Assembly: GCA_964470785.1 (NCBI GenBank)
Contig: CAYYED010000045.1
Span: forward strand, 1-60,088
From: an uncultured Candidatus Saccharibacteria bacterium
GTDB taxonomy: Bacteria > Patescibacteriota > Minisyncoccia > Minisyncoccales > PEYH01
Reading direction: 5' to 3'
Length of the DNA: 60,088 nt
Under the pieces are notes generated by a model. It had not been told where the DNA came from and searched no databases. It saw only the letters and a program-made list of their open reading frames with translations. Position numbers and translations under genes: made by a program. Shown one piece after another: positions 16,813 through 27,327 of this stretch. Numbering within the stretch: position 1 is the first letter of the stretch; each line of letters begins with the position of its first letter.

Positions 16813-17411
16813 GTGGAAAACTTGGAAAACGTTTCCCGAAAAATTGCTGATTTGATTTTTTGCCGATATTGCAGTAATGATCCGGCAATTTTTCGGGCTC
16901 AATGCCGATGTTGCCAAGATTGTAGTTCTCGATAAAATTGTAGTTCTCAACAAGCTCGAACAGTAAATATATATTCTTCGAGTAAGAGCCAAGCTTGCCT
17001 GCCCACATTGCTACACAAAGCGTTGCAGGCGGGTCGAGGCTCGCATCGAGAAGAATGGATTGTGCTCGATAAACTTGAAATAACCATATATAACCCTTCG
17101 AGCTTGTCGAAAAGCGAATTTTCGAGCCCTTCGACAAGCTCAGGACAGGATTTGTCGAGAAGTTGGAAGTTGTTGACTTCCGGGATCCGCAGGCATATAA
17201 TTAAATTGGTTCATTGGCTTCTGATTTAGCTCTGACCGAGGAGAACCCCTAGAGCCGGACGGGGCCCCTTTGCCCATTTCAACCTCGTTAAATTACCTCG
17301 GGGGCAGGGATGCGTTTCCGGCACAGAACTCCCATTTTCTCCCCGGTCTCTTTTCTTAGTACTTGGGGGAAGCTTAGCTTCCCCCATCCAAACCTCTCCA
17401 ATCTTAAGCTC

Positions 17412-20096
17412 CTAAGTTTTGGCAGAGGTTTTTTGTTTTTGTTTAGAGACCCGGCTGGTTCTAAAAGAAATTTTTCCGTTTTTCGTTTCTAAAAATACGG
17501 TCTCGCCTTCCTTGATTTCTCCAATAACAATGCTTAAAGAAAGCGGGTCAAGTAAAAACTTTTGCACTGCTCTTTTCAACGGCCGAGCGCCCATGTTGGG
17601 ATTAAATCCTTTTTTGGCTAAAATTTCTTTTACTTGTTGTTCTACTTTTATCTTAATGCCTCTCTTTTCAAGACGTTTCCTCACTTTTTCCAACTCCAGC
17701 TCCACAATCTGCGCCACCTCTTTTTGGCCCAAATAATTGAAAATAATCACCTCGTCCAAGCGGTTTAAAAACTCCGGACTGAACCTTTCTTTTAATGCCT
17801 CGGTTACTTTGTCTTTTAATGACTCATAATTTTCGCCGGCATCTCCGACAAAACCCAGCGTTCCGGCTTTGGCAATATGCTCTGAACCTATGTTAGATGT
17901 CATAATAATAATACTGTTTTTGAAAGAAACCAACCGGCCTTTGGCATCGGTCAAACGGCCGTCATCAAGTATTTGCAAAAGAATATTAAAAACCTCGGGA
18001 TGAGCTTTTTCTATTTCATCTAAAAGAATAACACTATAAGGCCTGCGCCGCACTTTTTCTGTCAATTGCCCGGCCTCATCATAACCCACATATCCGGGAG
18101 GCGAACCAATCATTTTAGAAACGCTATGCTGTTCCATATATTCAGACATATCCAAGCGAACTAAAGCGTTCTCGTCATTAAATAAAAATTCTGCCAATGT
18201 CTTGGCTGTCTCGGTTTTTCCTACGCCCGTAGGCCCTAAAAAAATAAAAGAACCCATGGGTTTGTTTTCTTCAGCAATGCCGGCCCGACTTCTTCTAATA
18301 GCATTAGAAATAGCTTTAAGCGCAGGGTCTTGGCCAATCACTCGGCGAGAAAGCACTTTTTCCATTCTCCCTAATTTTTTGGCTTCTTCTTCTAATAGAT
18401 TGGTTACCGGAATGCCGGTCCAGCTGGAAACAACCTTGGCAATATCCTCTTCGGTTACTTCTTCTTTAAGCACTTGGTGTTTTTTTCTAAAATTTTTCAA
18501 ATCTCTTTCTTTTTTCTGGATTTCTTTCAAAATATCAGGAATTAAACCGTATTTAATTCTAGCTACTTTTTCTAAGTCACCTTCTCTCTGCGCTACCTCT
18601 GCTTCAAAATTAAGCTTATCTAAATCCTTTTTATATTTGCGCAAGTCCTTAATTAAGTCCCTTTCTGTTCTCCATTTTAATTCTATTTGCTTAAATTTTT
18701 CTTTAGCATCAGCCAAAGTCCTTTTACAAACAATTAACCGTTTTTTAGAGGCCTCGTCTCTTTCTTTTTTTAATGCTTCTTGTTCTATTTCCAATATTTG
18801 AATTTCTTTTTTCGCCTGTTCTACTTCTATAGGTTCTGATTCTATTTCCAAACGCAAACCGGAAGCGGCCTCGTCCATTAAATCCACGGCTTTATCGGGC
18901 AGAAACCTGTCGGTAATATAGCGGGCAGCCAATTCGGCCGCAGAAATTAAAGCAGGGTCTTTAATTTTTACGCCGTGATGAAGTTCATACTTCTCCTTGA
19001 TGCCCCGCAAAATGGCAATCGTCTCTTCAATCCCCGGCTCGCTGACGAAAACAGGCATAAATCTTCTTTCAAGAGCCGGGTCTCTTTCAATATGTCTTTG
19101 ATATTCTTTAAGAGTGGTTGCTCCAACAGCTCGAAGCTCTCCGCGCGCCAGGGCCGGCTTTAAAAGATTGGAAGCATCCATCGCGCCTTCAGCCGCACCG
19201 GCTCCCATTACCGTATGCAGTTCATCTATGAACAGAATATAACGTTCTTTGGCTTTGGTAATTTCTCTAATTAAGGCCTTTAAGCGCTGTTCAAATTCGC
19301 CGCGGTATTTAGTGCCGGCAATCAAAAGCCCTAAATCCAAAGAAATAATTTCTTTGCTTTTTAAACTTTCCGGCGCTTCTCCCTTAATAATGCGCTGGGC
19401 AAGGCCCTCAACAATAGCGGTTTTGCCAACGCCTGCCTCTCCGATGAGCACAGGATTATTTTTTGTTCTGCGGGATAAAACCTGAACCACTCTCCTAATT
19501 TCATTTTCCCTGCCAATTACCGGGTCTAATTTGCCTTCTTGAGCCATTTTAGTCAGGTTGCGGCAATATTTTTCCACTACCTGATATTTGGCTTCGGGAT
19601 TAGGGTCGGTAACTGTTTCGCCTCCCCTAATTTCTTCCAATTGTCCGGCAACGCTGTTATAATCCAATCCTTCTCCGGAAAAACTTTGTAAGATGTCCCG
19701 CGCCTCGCTCGGCACTTCAAAAAGAGCTAAAAACAGATGCTCTGCCGAAACAAACTGGTCTTTCATTTGAATGGCTTCTTTCTTGGCTCTTTCTAAAGCG
19801 CGCGCCATATCTTGGGTGAGATAAAACTGATTTTCCACCCGCATATTGCGGTCTTCATGAGGAGAAGAAATATTTTTTTTGTCTATGGCTTTATTGGTCT
19901 TGTCCCGTAGTTTCTGAATATCAATGTTTAGTTTGCGCAAAATAGTGGCTACTACGGTCTCTTCTTGAGAAAGCAAAGCAAACAGCAGGTGAGCAGTGTC
20001 AATTTGCTGCTGATTTTTTTTGCGGGCGATTTCTTGAGCCATAAAAATGGCTTGTTGGGCTCTTTGGGTAAATTCTCCGCCTGGATTTACAAACAT
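17412..20096 (-). CDS. clpB: ATP-dependent chaperone ClpB
   Basis: 894 aa. Clp N domain, two AAA+ modules ([16 protein letters not shown]) and the long middle coiled coil. Confidence 0.95.
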   Translation of the reverse strand: MFVNPGGEFTQRAQQAIFMAQEIARKKNQQQIDTAHLLFALLSQEETVVATILRKLNIDIQKLRDKTNKAIDKKNISSPHEDRNMRVENQFYLTQDMARALERAKKEAIQMKDQFVSAEHLFLALFEVPSEARDILQSFSGEGLDYNSVAGQLEEIRGGETVTDPNPEAKYQVVEKYCRNLTKMAQEGKLDPVIGRENEIRRVVQVLSRRTKNNPVLIGEAGVGKTAIVEGLAQRIIKGEAPESLKSKEIISLDLGLLIAGTKYRGEFEQRLKALIREITKAKERYILFIDELHTVMGAGAAEGAMDASNLLKPALARGELRAVGATTLKEYQRHIERDPALERRFMPVFVSEPGIEETIAILRGIKEKYELHHGVKIKDPALISAAELAARYITDRFLPDKAVDLMDEAASGLRLEIESEPIEVEQAKKEIQILEIEQEALKKERDEASKKRLIVCKRTLADAKEKFKQIELKWRTERDLIKDLRKYKKDLDKLNFEAEVAQREGDLEKVARIKYGLIPDILKEIQKKERDLKNFRKKHQVLKEEVTEEDIAKVVSSWTGIPVTNLLEEEAKKLGRMEKVLSRRVIGQDPALKAISNAIRRSRAGIAEENKPMGSFIFLGPTGVGKTETAKTLAEFLFNDENALVRLDMSEYMEQHSVSKMIGSPPGYVGYDEAGQLTEKVRRRPYSVILLDEIEKAHPEVFNILLQILDDGRLTDAKGRLVSFKNSIIIMTSNIGSEHIAKAGTLGFVGDAGENYESLKDKVTEALKERFSPEFLNRLDEVIIFNYLGQKEVAQIVELELEKVRKRLEKRGIKIKVEQQVKEILAKKGFNPNMGARPLKRAVQKFLLDPLSLSIVIGEIKEGETVFLETKNGKISFRTSRVSKQKQKTSAKT

Positions 20097-20421
20097 GTTT
20101 TTAAATTAAAATATAAAGTTTATTAATGGTCTGTACTTTCTATTTAAATATAAAAAATAAGCAAGGTCAACCACAAAATCGTGCCATTTTATTGGAACTT
20201 CTTTATTGGAACTTCGGAAGTTCCGAAACCAGTATTACTTTTTTGACGATCGTCATATTTGTAACATTGTTTTTGTTCAAAATCGTACCCCAATAATCAG
20301 CCATACATCAGCCATACTTTTAGTCATCGTCATCGTCATCGTCATCGGTCCCTCCGAGGGGACTGTCCCCTTTTTTAAATATTGGTTGTCAGTTTTGTAG
20401 GTTATTGGTTGTTTAGCTAAT

Positions 20422-21687
20422 TTATCGTCGGTCTAAAGTGACTTGCTTGAGAATCTCCTGACCGTCTCGTAAGATTTTAAGCGTAACCTCGTCTCCGGGC
20501 TTATAACATACAATCACTTTTGTCAAAGAATTTTGCGCAGTCAATTTCTCTCCGTCAAATTCAAGAATAATATCATCTCTTTGAATGCTTGCCTTGGAGG
20601 CCGGGCTGTTGGCAAAAATTGCTTCGTCGGCTTTCTCCCCCATAGCGTCTCTGCCTACCCAAGCGCCATAATCCACCGGCAGATCATGGGCCCTGCCTAA
20701 TTCTTCGTTAATCATCGTATAATAAATTCCTAAAAAGGGATAAACAATTTCTCCATGCTCTTTTACTTGTTCAATGGCTCTTTTTGCCGTATTTACGGGC
20801 AAACTAAAGCCGATATTTTCCCCTCCCGTAGAGCGGGCCACATTAATACCAATTACCTCGCCTGCCAAATTTAAAAGCGGACCTCCTGAATTGCCCGGAT
20901 TAATTGCGACATCGGTTTGAATAACTCCTTCTAAGGCCTCTGTAACCCCGTCTCCGACGGCAACAATGTCCCTGCTTAGACCGGAAATCACTCCTACAGA
21001 AACAGTATTTTTCAATTCTCCCAAGGCATTGCCAATGGCAATCACGGTTTGTCCGGTTTGTAGAAGAGAAGAATCGCCCAGGTCTGCCGTAAGAAATGTT
21101 CTCCTTTCTTCTTCCAAATTTTCTTCTTGCACAATTTTTAATACGGCCAAATCATAAAAAGGATCTCTTGCCAGCACTTGTACTTGATACTTGGTTCCGT
21201 CGTTTAGAAATGCGGTATATTCCGCTGCTTCATCTGTTACTACGTGCTTATTGGTTAAAATCATTCCGTCTTGAGAAATAATAAATCCGGAACCGGCGCC
21301 TACCTGCTTTTTTTCTGTTCCTTCTTCGCGATACTGGGGAAACAGAAACCCAAAAGGGTCTTTAAGATAATATCGGGTCATAATAGGAACGTCTTTGGTG
21401 GCAATAATGCTTACTACGGCCGGAGAATATTTTTTTACTGCCTGAATAATTTTCTGTTCTTGGGTAGTTTGGGGAATATATTGGTCTTTGATGATTGTTT
21501 CTTTTTCTGCGGGCAAAACATCATATTGCTCAAACATCTCTGAAAATTTACCCTGCCAATAATATCCTGCAAGCAAAGCGCCAATGCCTCCTCCGACAAC
21601 GGCAGATAAAATTACAAAAAGCACCAAGAGTTCGACAAAGGGCCTTTTCTCCGGCTTATTAAATTTTTGTTCTTGTATTTCAAACAT
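20422..21687 (-). CDS. htrA: HtrA/DegP-family serine protease with PDZ domain, membrane-anchored
   Basis: N-terminal TM segment; trypsin-like core with the GNSGGPLLN motif; C-terminal PDZ. Confidence 0.9.
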   Translation of the reverse strand: MFEIQEQKFNKPEKRPFVELLVLFVILSAVVGGGIGALLAGYYWQGKFSEMFEQYDVLPAEKETIIKDQYIPQTTQEQKIIQAVKKYSPAVVSIIATKDVPIMTRYYLKDPFGFLFPQYREEGTEKKQVGAGSGFIISQDGMILTNKHVVTDEAAEYTAFLNDGTKYQVQVLARDPFYDLAVLKIVQEENLEEERRTFLTADLGDSSLLQTGQTVIAIGNALGELKNTVSVGVISGLSRDIVAVGDGVTEALEGVIQTDVAINPGNSGGPLLNLAGEVIGINVARSTGGENIGFSLPVNTAKRAIEQVKEHGEIVYPFLGIYYTMINEELGRAHDLPVDYGAWVGRDAMGEKADEAIFANSPASKASIQRDDIILEFDGEKLTAQNSLTKVIVCYKPGDEVTLKILRDGQEILKQVTLDRR

Positions 21688-22068
21688 TTAATTAAATAAA
21701 TTAAGAATGTGGGGAATAAAAATAAATCCGGCAACAAAAGCAGCAGCCAGAACTAAAAGAAGCACTGCTCCGGCCGCTAAATCCTTAATTTTTCTAATTT
21801 GAATATTATGATTTCCATCAATTAAATTAGTAGTTCTTTCTACTTGGGTATTCAGTGCTTCCATCCCCAACACCGAAAGAGTGGTTAAAACAATGATTGC
21901 TCTTTCTGCTAAAGTAAGGGGGAAATAAAACATAAAGAAAAGGACAATGATGGTAATGATCGCTCCTACCCTAAAGGTTGGCTCTTCTTTGGCGGCAATC
22001 CAAAGCCCGGAAATGGCTACTTGAAAACTTTTATAAAGCCGTTTAATTATCTGTATCATGGTTTCCAA
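21688..22068 (-). CDS. dgkA: Diacylglycerol/undecaprenol kinase (DgkA family)
   Basis: 126 aa with 3 TM segments. EALNTQVE...KIKDLAAGAVLL pattern of prokaryotic DAGK. Its stop abuts the htrA ATG (TAAATG). Confidence 0.8.
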   Translation of the reverse strand: METMIQIIKRLYKSFQVAISGLWIAAKEEPTFRVGAIITIIVLFFMFYFPLTLAERAIIVLTTLSVLGMEALNTQVERTTNLIDGNHNIQIRKIKDLAAGAVLLLVLAAAFVAGFIFIPHILNLFN

Positions 22069-22762
22069 AATTATAATAAAAAATATTTTTCTTTATCGGT
22101 CCAAAGAGAGTGGTATAAATATCACCAAGAACTATCTGAAAAAAATAAGTTCTTAAAAACCAATTGTTCCGCTGAAACCTTCTTGTAGAAACAAAAACTT
22201 GAACAGACTTTATCAGTCGATATTTTCTGTGTTTAGCCAATCGTCTCACATAATCCAAATCCTCCATGAAAACAATTTCCTCATTAAAGCCCTCGATTTT
22301 TTGATGAGCTCCCTTTTTTACTAAAAGAGCCATTGAACCGTGTTTCCAAAAACTAAAGAGCAACCTTATAGGATAATTATAGAAAACATCAAATAAAAAA
22401 TTCTCCCAAAACTCTCCATTTATAGGATATAGCAAAAAGGCGGCTCCATCAAGACCCCTCTCTGAAAATTCTTTAACAGCTTTTTGTAAAAAATCTTTTG
22501 GCAAAACAATGTCCGCATCTGCAAATAAAAGCAGATTATTACTTGCTGCCTTGGCTCCGTTGTTTCTTCCCTGTGATAAATTTCCGCCCTTGATCACTCT
22601 GTATCCAAAACTCCGGGCAATTTCTCTTGTTTTATCTTGAGAATCGGCATCAGCCACGATAATTTCTATCTCTTCTTGATTAAAATTTTGCTCTTTTATA
22701 GATTGAAGCAGTCGGGGAAGATATTTTTCTTCATTTAAAGTCGGAATAATTACGCTAAGCAT
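22043..22762 (-). CDS. Family 2 glycosyltransferase
   Basis: MLSVIIPTLNEEKYLPRLLQSI..., DADSQD and FADADI motifs. Confidence 0.85.
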   Translation of the reverse strand: MLSVIIPTLNEEKYLPRLLQSIKEQNFNQEEIEIIVADADSQDKTREIARSFGYRVIKGGNLSQGRNNGAKAASNNLLLFADADIVLPKDFLQKAVKEFSERGLDGAAFLLYPINGEFWENFLFDVFYNYPIRLLFSFWKHGSMALLVKKGAHQKIEGFNEEIVFMEDLDYVRRLAKHRKYRLIKSVQVFVSTRRFQRNNWFLRTYFFQIVLGDIYTTLFGPIKKNIFYYNFGNHDTDN

Positions 22763-22776
22763 AACATCAATAATTT

Positions 22777-23775
22777 CTAATTTTTAAACAAGGTTCTTGC
22801 TTCATTCCAAATTTCGGGCTGATTTTGAACCTCTTTCATCCAATACCACCATTCCGCTCCCCAAAGATAAAAAGTTTCGTGCCCGGTTCTGCCGGCAAAA
22901 TCAATAATTTCCTTAAAAATTTCCAAATTCATTGTTTTCCCTTGCTCCTCTAAAGGAGAATCGTATAAGAGTTTCGGGCCCCATGGCTCTGCTTGAAGTT
23001 CGGTGCAAATAACTTCTTTGTCAAATACTTTGTCTATAATCCATGCCTTTCTATTATAAAAAACCGAAGGAAAAGGGTAAGTAAAATACATCTTTAATTC
23101 ACTAACCCATACTTTTTTATAAAGAGTATGACCAACAATGTCTCCTGTTCTTGCTGCTCGAAACCACAAAGGAAACTCTCCGCTTTCTGTTATCACTACC
23201 GGTCGGTTCTGCTCATCTAATGATTTTACCAAATTAATTTCTTTTTGCAACAGTTCTTTATCGGGCAGGGGACATTCTCCGAACGAAAAAAAGGGCTCAT
23301 TTTCTACTTGCCATTTTTGTATCGCGTCATTGTCGCGATATCTTATAATAATTTGCTCTATTAATGATAAAAGCTCCTGATTCTGTTCGTCTTGGGGTAG
23401 TTCTTTCGCCCACTGGGGAATTTGGCATTCCGGCCAGCGAGGAACTTTTCTACCAAAAACCAAAGTAATTTTCGCTCCTCTTTTCCCTGCTTCTTCAATT
23501 TGCCAATCCATATCAGAAAAATCATATTGCTCTTTTTCTTTTTCTACCATGTCCCAGTAAATAATAAGATGAAGTTGCTTTGCTTTTAAATCGTCCAAAA
23601 TAGCCAAATAATTCTCTTTCCAATTTAAGCCCATTAGCTCGGAATGTTTTTGGGAAAAAACTACGCCCCAATTTATTTCTTCTGCCGGAGTTGGCTTGCC
23701 TACAAAAAAGAAACAAAAGAGCCCTAAAAGCATTGTCAGAATTGTAAGCACTATAATTTTAATCCATTTTTTCAT
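22777..23775 (-). CDS. Membrane-anchored glycoside hydrolase, clan GH-A TIM-barrel type
   Basis: N-terminal TM segment. YDFSDMDWQIEEAGKRGAKITL, WQVENEPF (acid/base NEP) and VITESG (nucleophile-like). Confidence 0.6.
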   Translation of the reverse strand: MKKWIKIIVLTILTMLLGLFCFFFVGKPTPAEEINWGVVFSQKHSELMGLNWKENYLAILDDLKAKQLHLIIYWDMVEKEKEQYDFSDMDWQIEEAGKRGAKITLVFGRKVPRWPECQIPQWAKELPQDEQNQELLSLIEQIIIRYRDNDAIQKWQVENEPFFSFGECPLPDKELLQKEINLVKSLDEQNRPVVITESGEFPLWFRAARTGDIVGHTLYKKVWVSELKMYFTYPFPSVFYNRKAWIIDKVFDKEVICTELQAEPWGPKLLYDSPLEEQGKTMNLEIFKEIIDFAGRTGHETFYLWGAEWWYWMKEVQNQPEIWNEARTLFKN

Positions 23776-23895
23776 AATATTCTTTAATTCTCCCCCTCCT
23801 TCTTCCCCTTCAAAGAGGGGGAGGATGAAAAGAGGCCCCCACCCCCTTCCTTCTCCTCCTTGAAGGAGGGAGAGAATAAAGGAAGGGAAGGAATG

Positions 23896-24870
23896 TTAAC
23901 TTATATTTAGTAAAAATAATCCTATTACTATCAAAACAATGGCAAATACTTTTTGAAATAAGATGGGAAGGGTAAACCTCTCTTCCAAAAATTGAGGGAA
24001 TTTTACAGAAATAAAGCAAGTAAAAACCAAAAGAAAAGCATATCTTACTCCTTCTAAAGCATTAATAAATGCTAAGTGCATCGCCGGAACCAAAAAAATT
24101 GCTAAATTCTGCAAAATTACTGCCAACCCGCCCAATAGCTGGCCCAGAAGAAACAATATTAAGATTTTTGGCTTTTTCGGCATCGGTTTTGCCTGTTCTG
24201 ACACGGGCATTGTTGCAGGCCCCTTGATATTCTCCCCTGTTTTTTTGGAGAAAATTTCTTTTCTTACCTCTTTAGAAAAAAGAAATAAACAAGCCACAGG
24301 GATGCCGATTAAACGAATCCAAAAAAGACCGGAAATAAATGGCTGCTCAAGATAAACAATTTTTGTCGTAGTAAAACTTAAGGCAAATAAAAAGCCGGTT
24401 AAAGCAGCCAATCCTAAGCTGCTTTTGGTAATAAATTGCCCTTTTTTGGCATTAATAAGTACGGTGCCGGCAATTAAGAACAAAAAAGAAATAATTTTTA
24501 AAGATGTAAAGGACCCTATCTCTTGTCGCTGCAAAAAAGCGAAAAGATAACTTAAACCCAAAGTAAAAAGAGGAAGCATTCCTCCGATAGCAGGAATTAC
24601 CCGGGAGACCTCGGACCTTCTTAACGCCTCAAACAAAGAAAGCAAGGCAAAAATCCAGAGGGCTCCGGATAAAGAAGCAATAGTTATTATAACGGCATTG
24701 GGAACTTCAACTCCAAAAGGAATCAATAAAAAGACAAGAACGCTTAAGACAGCGATATAAAAAGCATAAGTTTGGGGCTTCAATCGGGGGCCGCTTAGTA
24801 AAAACTTATCTATAATGGAAGTAGCGGCTAAAAGAAAATAGGCAAGAATGGTGATAAAAACCCATGTCAT
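23896..24870 (-). CDS. Multi-pass membrane protein, DMT/EamA-like transporter
   Basis: 324 aa with about 10 predicted TM helices in two halves. Confidence 0.55.
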   Translation of the reverse strand: MTWVFITILAYFLLAATSIIDKFLLSGPRLKPQTYAFYIAVLSVLVFLLIPFGVEVPNAVIITIASLSGALWIFALLSLFEALRRSEVSRVIPAIGGMLPLFTLGLSYLFAFLQRQEIGSFTSLKIISFLFLIAGTVLINAKKGQFITKSSLGLAALTGFLFALSFTTTKIVYLEQPFISGLFWIRLIGIPVACLFLFSKEVRKEIFSKKTGENIKGPATMPVSEQAKPMPKKPKILILFLLGQLLGGLAVILQNLAIFLVPAMHLAFINALEGVRYAFLLVFTCFISVKFPQFLEERFTLPILFQKVFAIVLIVIGLFLLNIS

Positions 24871-24883
24871 AAATTTTTATCCA

Positions 24884-26056
24884 TTAAACTAATTTATTAT
24901 TTTGACAAATATTGGCATATTGATAAGCGCTTGGCCGGGGCTTTCTTTTTAATGTTTGATAGTCAATTTCTATTAAGCCAAACTTTGAGGCAAAGCCATC
25001 GGCCCATTCAAAATTGTCCATCAATGACCAATAAAAATATCCGCCTACGTTTGCCCCTTCTTCTACGGCCTTGTGAATGCTTTTAAGAGAGCTTTCAATA
25101 AACCAAGAGCGGTGCTTATCTTGTGCATCAGCCAAGCCGTTTTCTGTGATATAAATTGGCTTATTGTATTGCTCTGACTCTTTTAAAACATTATAAATTC
25201 CTTCCGGGTAAAGCTCCCAACCCATGTCTGAAACAACCTTATTTTCGTTTCTTAAAAGCCAAGGAAATTTTATTTTATTATGAAAATAATAATTTAGCCC
25301 GATGAAATCAAGTTCTTTTTTAACTTGATTTAAAAAATATCTATTTATGAACCAAGAAGCTATTTTTACAGAAATCTGATGAAGAAAAAATCTATTGTAT
25401 GATTCAAAAAGAATATTATTTTTGGCAATCCCTACCAAAGTTTCTTTTTCTTTGCCGTGAAAGGCCTGATAAACTTTTTTATGGGCTAAAATAAAATTTT
25501 TAATAACTTTGAAATATAAGAAAGGGCTTTTCTTTTGAGGAGGCCACTTGGCTTCTATATAGGCGCATCCTGCATAAACCATGGGCTCATTAATGGTAAT
25601 CCAAAAATCAACCAAATCTTTATATTCCTCAAGCATTGCTTCTGCGTATCTCTGAAAGTATTGAATTGTTTTTTTATTGGCAAATCCTCCGATTTCTGCC
25701 ACCCATTGGGGTAAAGTAAAATGATGCAAGGTAACCATTGCTTTAACTCCTCTCTGCTTAAGCGCTTTTAAAACTTCTCTATAGTGTTCTATTTCGGCTT
25801 TGTTAAATTCGCCTTGTTTCGGTTCAATGCGCGCCCACTCAATGGAAAAACGATGAGCATTCTGATTAAGCTCTTTTAACAAGTCAAAGTCCTGCTTAAA
25901 GCGATTATAATGGTCGCAGGCAATTCCGGCCGGGCCGTGCCCTTTTTTGGGCGGACTTATTTCCCAATCAGAAAACTTGTTTCCGCCCTCTACTTGATAA
26001 GCAGAGGTGGCGCTTCCCCATAAAAAATTTTTAGGAAACTTTATTTCCTTTTTCAT
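24884..26056 (-). CDS. GH1 beta-glucosidase
   Basis: FLWGSATSAYQVEGG, TINEP and YITENG signatures. Confidence 0.9.
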   Translation of the reverse strand: MKKEIKFPKNFLWGSATSAYQVEGGNKFSDWEISPPKKGHGPAGIACDHYNRFKQDFDLLKELNQNAHRFSIEWARIEPKQGEFNKAEIEHYREVLKALKQRGVKAMVTLHHFTLPQWVAEIGGFANKKTIQYFQRYAEAMLEEYKDLVDFWITINEPMVYAGCAYIEAKWPPQKKSPFLYFKVIKNFILAHKKVYQAFHGKEKETLVGIAKNNILFESYNRFFLHQISVKIASWFINRYFLNQVKKELDFIGLNYYFHNKIKFPWLLRNENKVVSDMGWELYPEGIYNVLKESEQYNKPIYITENGLADAQDKHRSWFIESSLKSIHKAVEEGANVGGYFYWSLMDNFEWADGFASKFGLIEIDYQTLKRKPRPSAYQYANICQNNKLV

Positions 26057-26219
26057 AATTTTTTTGCTCTTGCCGGTTTTATCTTTTTATTATCGCAGAT
26101 TTTTTAAATTTTTCCTAATAAATTTTCCCGACAACAAAACAAAAAACAATGGATGGGGGAGGCCAGCCCTCCCCCGGCCACTTAATTCAATCATCTGTCT
26201 CTTCAGCAGCCCTTTTTGC

Positions 26220-26259
26220 CGATACTAACATTTCTACGATCGTAGAAATGTTAGTATCG
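26220..26259. repeat. Perfect 40-bp palindrome (family 'T'), downstream of hpt
   Basis: CGATACTAACATTTCTACGA|TCGTAGAAATGTTAGTATCG. Confidence 0.92.
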
Positions 26260-26349
26260 TTAAATATTTAGATATTTTTGCAAGGTTAATAAAACTAAAA
26301 AGGCGGAGCCTTGTTGCAGACTCCGTGCTACTAAATAAAAATGAAGGGC

Positions 26350-26940
26350 CTAAGCAGTGCCTAGACCCTTGTTTGAAATATATTCCGGCTTAAGGATTCC
26401 CACAAACGGAAGGTTGCGATACTGTTCTCCGATGTCGAATCCATAACCAACTACGAACGAATCTTCTAAAAGAACAAATCCCACGTAATCAGATAAAACC
26501 TTAACTTCCCGGCGGTAGGGCTTGTCCAAAAACGTACATACGCGAAGGGTTGCCGGATTACGGACAGATAAACCCTTGATGGTGTGGCTTAAGGTATGCC
26601 CCGTATCTACAATATCTTCCACGATGAGCACATCACGGCCAGCGATTGAACGATCAAGGTCTTTCAAAATCCGCACCTCGCCGGGAGCAGTTTTGTCTCT
26701 GTAACTGGACATAGCCATAAAGTCACACTCAACCGGAAAATCAAGCACTCGAATGAGATCAGTCATAAAGACTATCGCTCCTTTTAGAATCCCTACCACA
26801 AGAAGCGGACGGCCCTGGTTATCTTGGGCTGACCCGGTAAGATAATCGTCCGTAATCTGGGCGCCAAGCTCTTTTACCCTACATGCAATCTCGCCGGCCG
26901 AAAACAACACGCGCTTAATCGTTTTTGTAAGTTCTTTCAT
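26350..26940 (-). CDS. hpt: Hypoxanthine-guanine phosphoribosyltransferase
   Basis: LIVEDIVDTGHTL PRPP loop and typical Hpt length. I moved the start to the ATG at 26940, which is preceded by AAAGGAGGGAAAT. Confidence 0.88.
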   Translation of the reverse strand: MKELTKTIKRVLFSAGEIACRVKELGAQITDDYLTGSAQDNQGRPLLVVGILKGAIVFMTDLIRVLDFPVECDFMAMSSYRDKTAPGEVRILKDLDRSIAGRDVLIVEDIVDTGHTLSHTIKGLSVRNPATLRVCTFLDKPYRREVKVLSDYVGFVLLEDSFVVGYGFDIGEQYRNLPFVGILKPEYISNKGLGTA

Positions 26941-27196
26941 ATTTCCCTCCTTTAAAATACAAATCCCTACGATTTCTGCTGCAAGGATTTTCGGATATGA
27001 ATCAATTTCCGACAACACTTTCAATCTAATACGGTTATAATAAAAAAGTCAAGAAAAACCACCTCTATTAAAAAGTGATTTTCAACGCTTCTTTCTGGAA
27101 CTTCCGAAGTTCCGAAAAAATAGAGGCCCGCCCTCTAACCAATTTTCAAAAACAGACAGAGGGTGGCCTCTGCACGTTTCTGACCAATGTTATCGG

Positions 27197-27236
27197 CGAT
27201 ACCAACATTTCTACGATCGTAGAAAATTGAGTATCG
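27197..27236. repeat. Imperfect 40-bp copy of the same palindrome, upstream of hpt
   Basis: CGATACCAACATTTCTACGATCGTAGAAAATTGAGTATCG. A further family member, TACAAATTTGACGACCGTCAAAAATGTA, lies at 27271-27298. Confidence 0.85.
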
Positions 27237-27327
27237 CTGTTTTCCTCTGTTTTCCTCTGTTTCCCGACTTTACAAATTTGACGACCGTCAAAAATGTAAG
27301 ATCAAAAAAACGGGGGGCGGGGCTCTG

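Noticed and set aside
16820-17411. tmRNA, RNase P RNA, SRP RNA or 6S RNA in the 730-bp ORF-free gap
   Set aside because: None of the following is present on either strand by eye: a tRNA-like T-arm (GGTTCGAATCC), GAGGAAAGTCCGGGC, a GGAA-capped SRP helix 8, or ACAGAAA-type motifs. Only an unclassified hairpin is reported, at low confidence.
17419-19485. Plus-strand ORFs inside clpB (for example 18202-18801, 199 aa), and similar antisense ORFs inside the giant gene, pyrD-K, htrA and the ATPase
   Set aside because: These are shadow ORFs on the strand opposite to well-supported genes. Their composition is low-complexity and they lack independent signals.
20139-20171. clpB promoter (TTGACC) and a CtsR/CIRCE-type heat-shock operator
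   Set aside because: Only a single GGTCAA half-site is present, there is no tandem heptad or CIRCE inverted repeat, and the -10 is poor at every reasonable spacing. Support is too weak to list as a feature.
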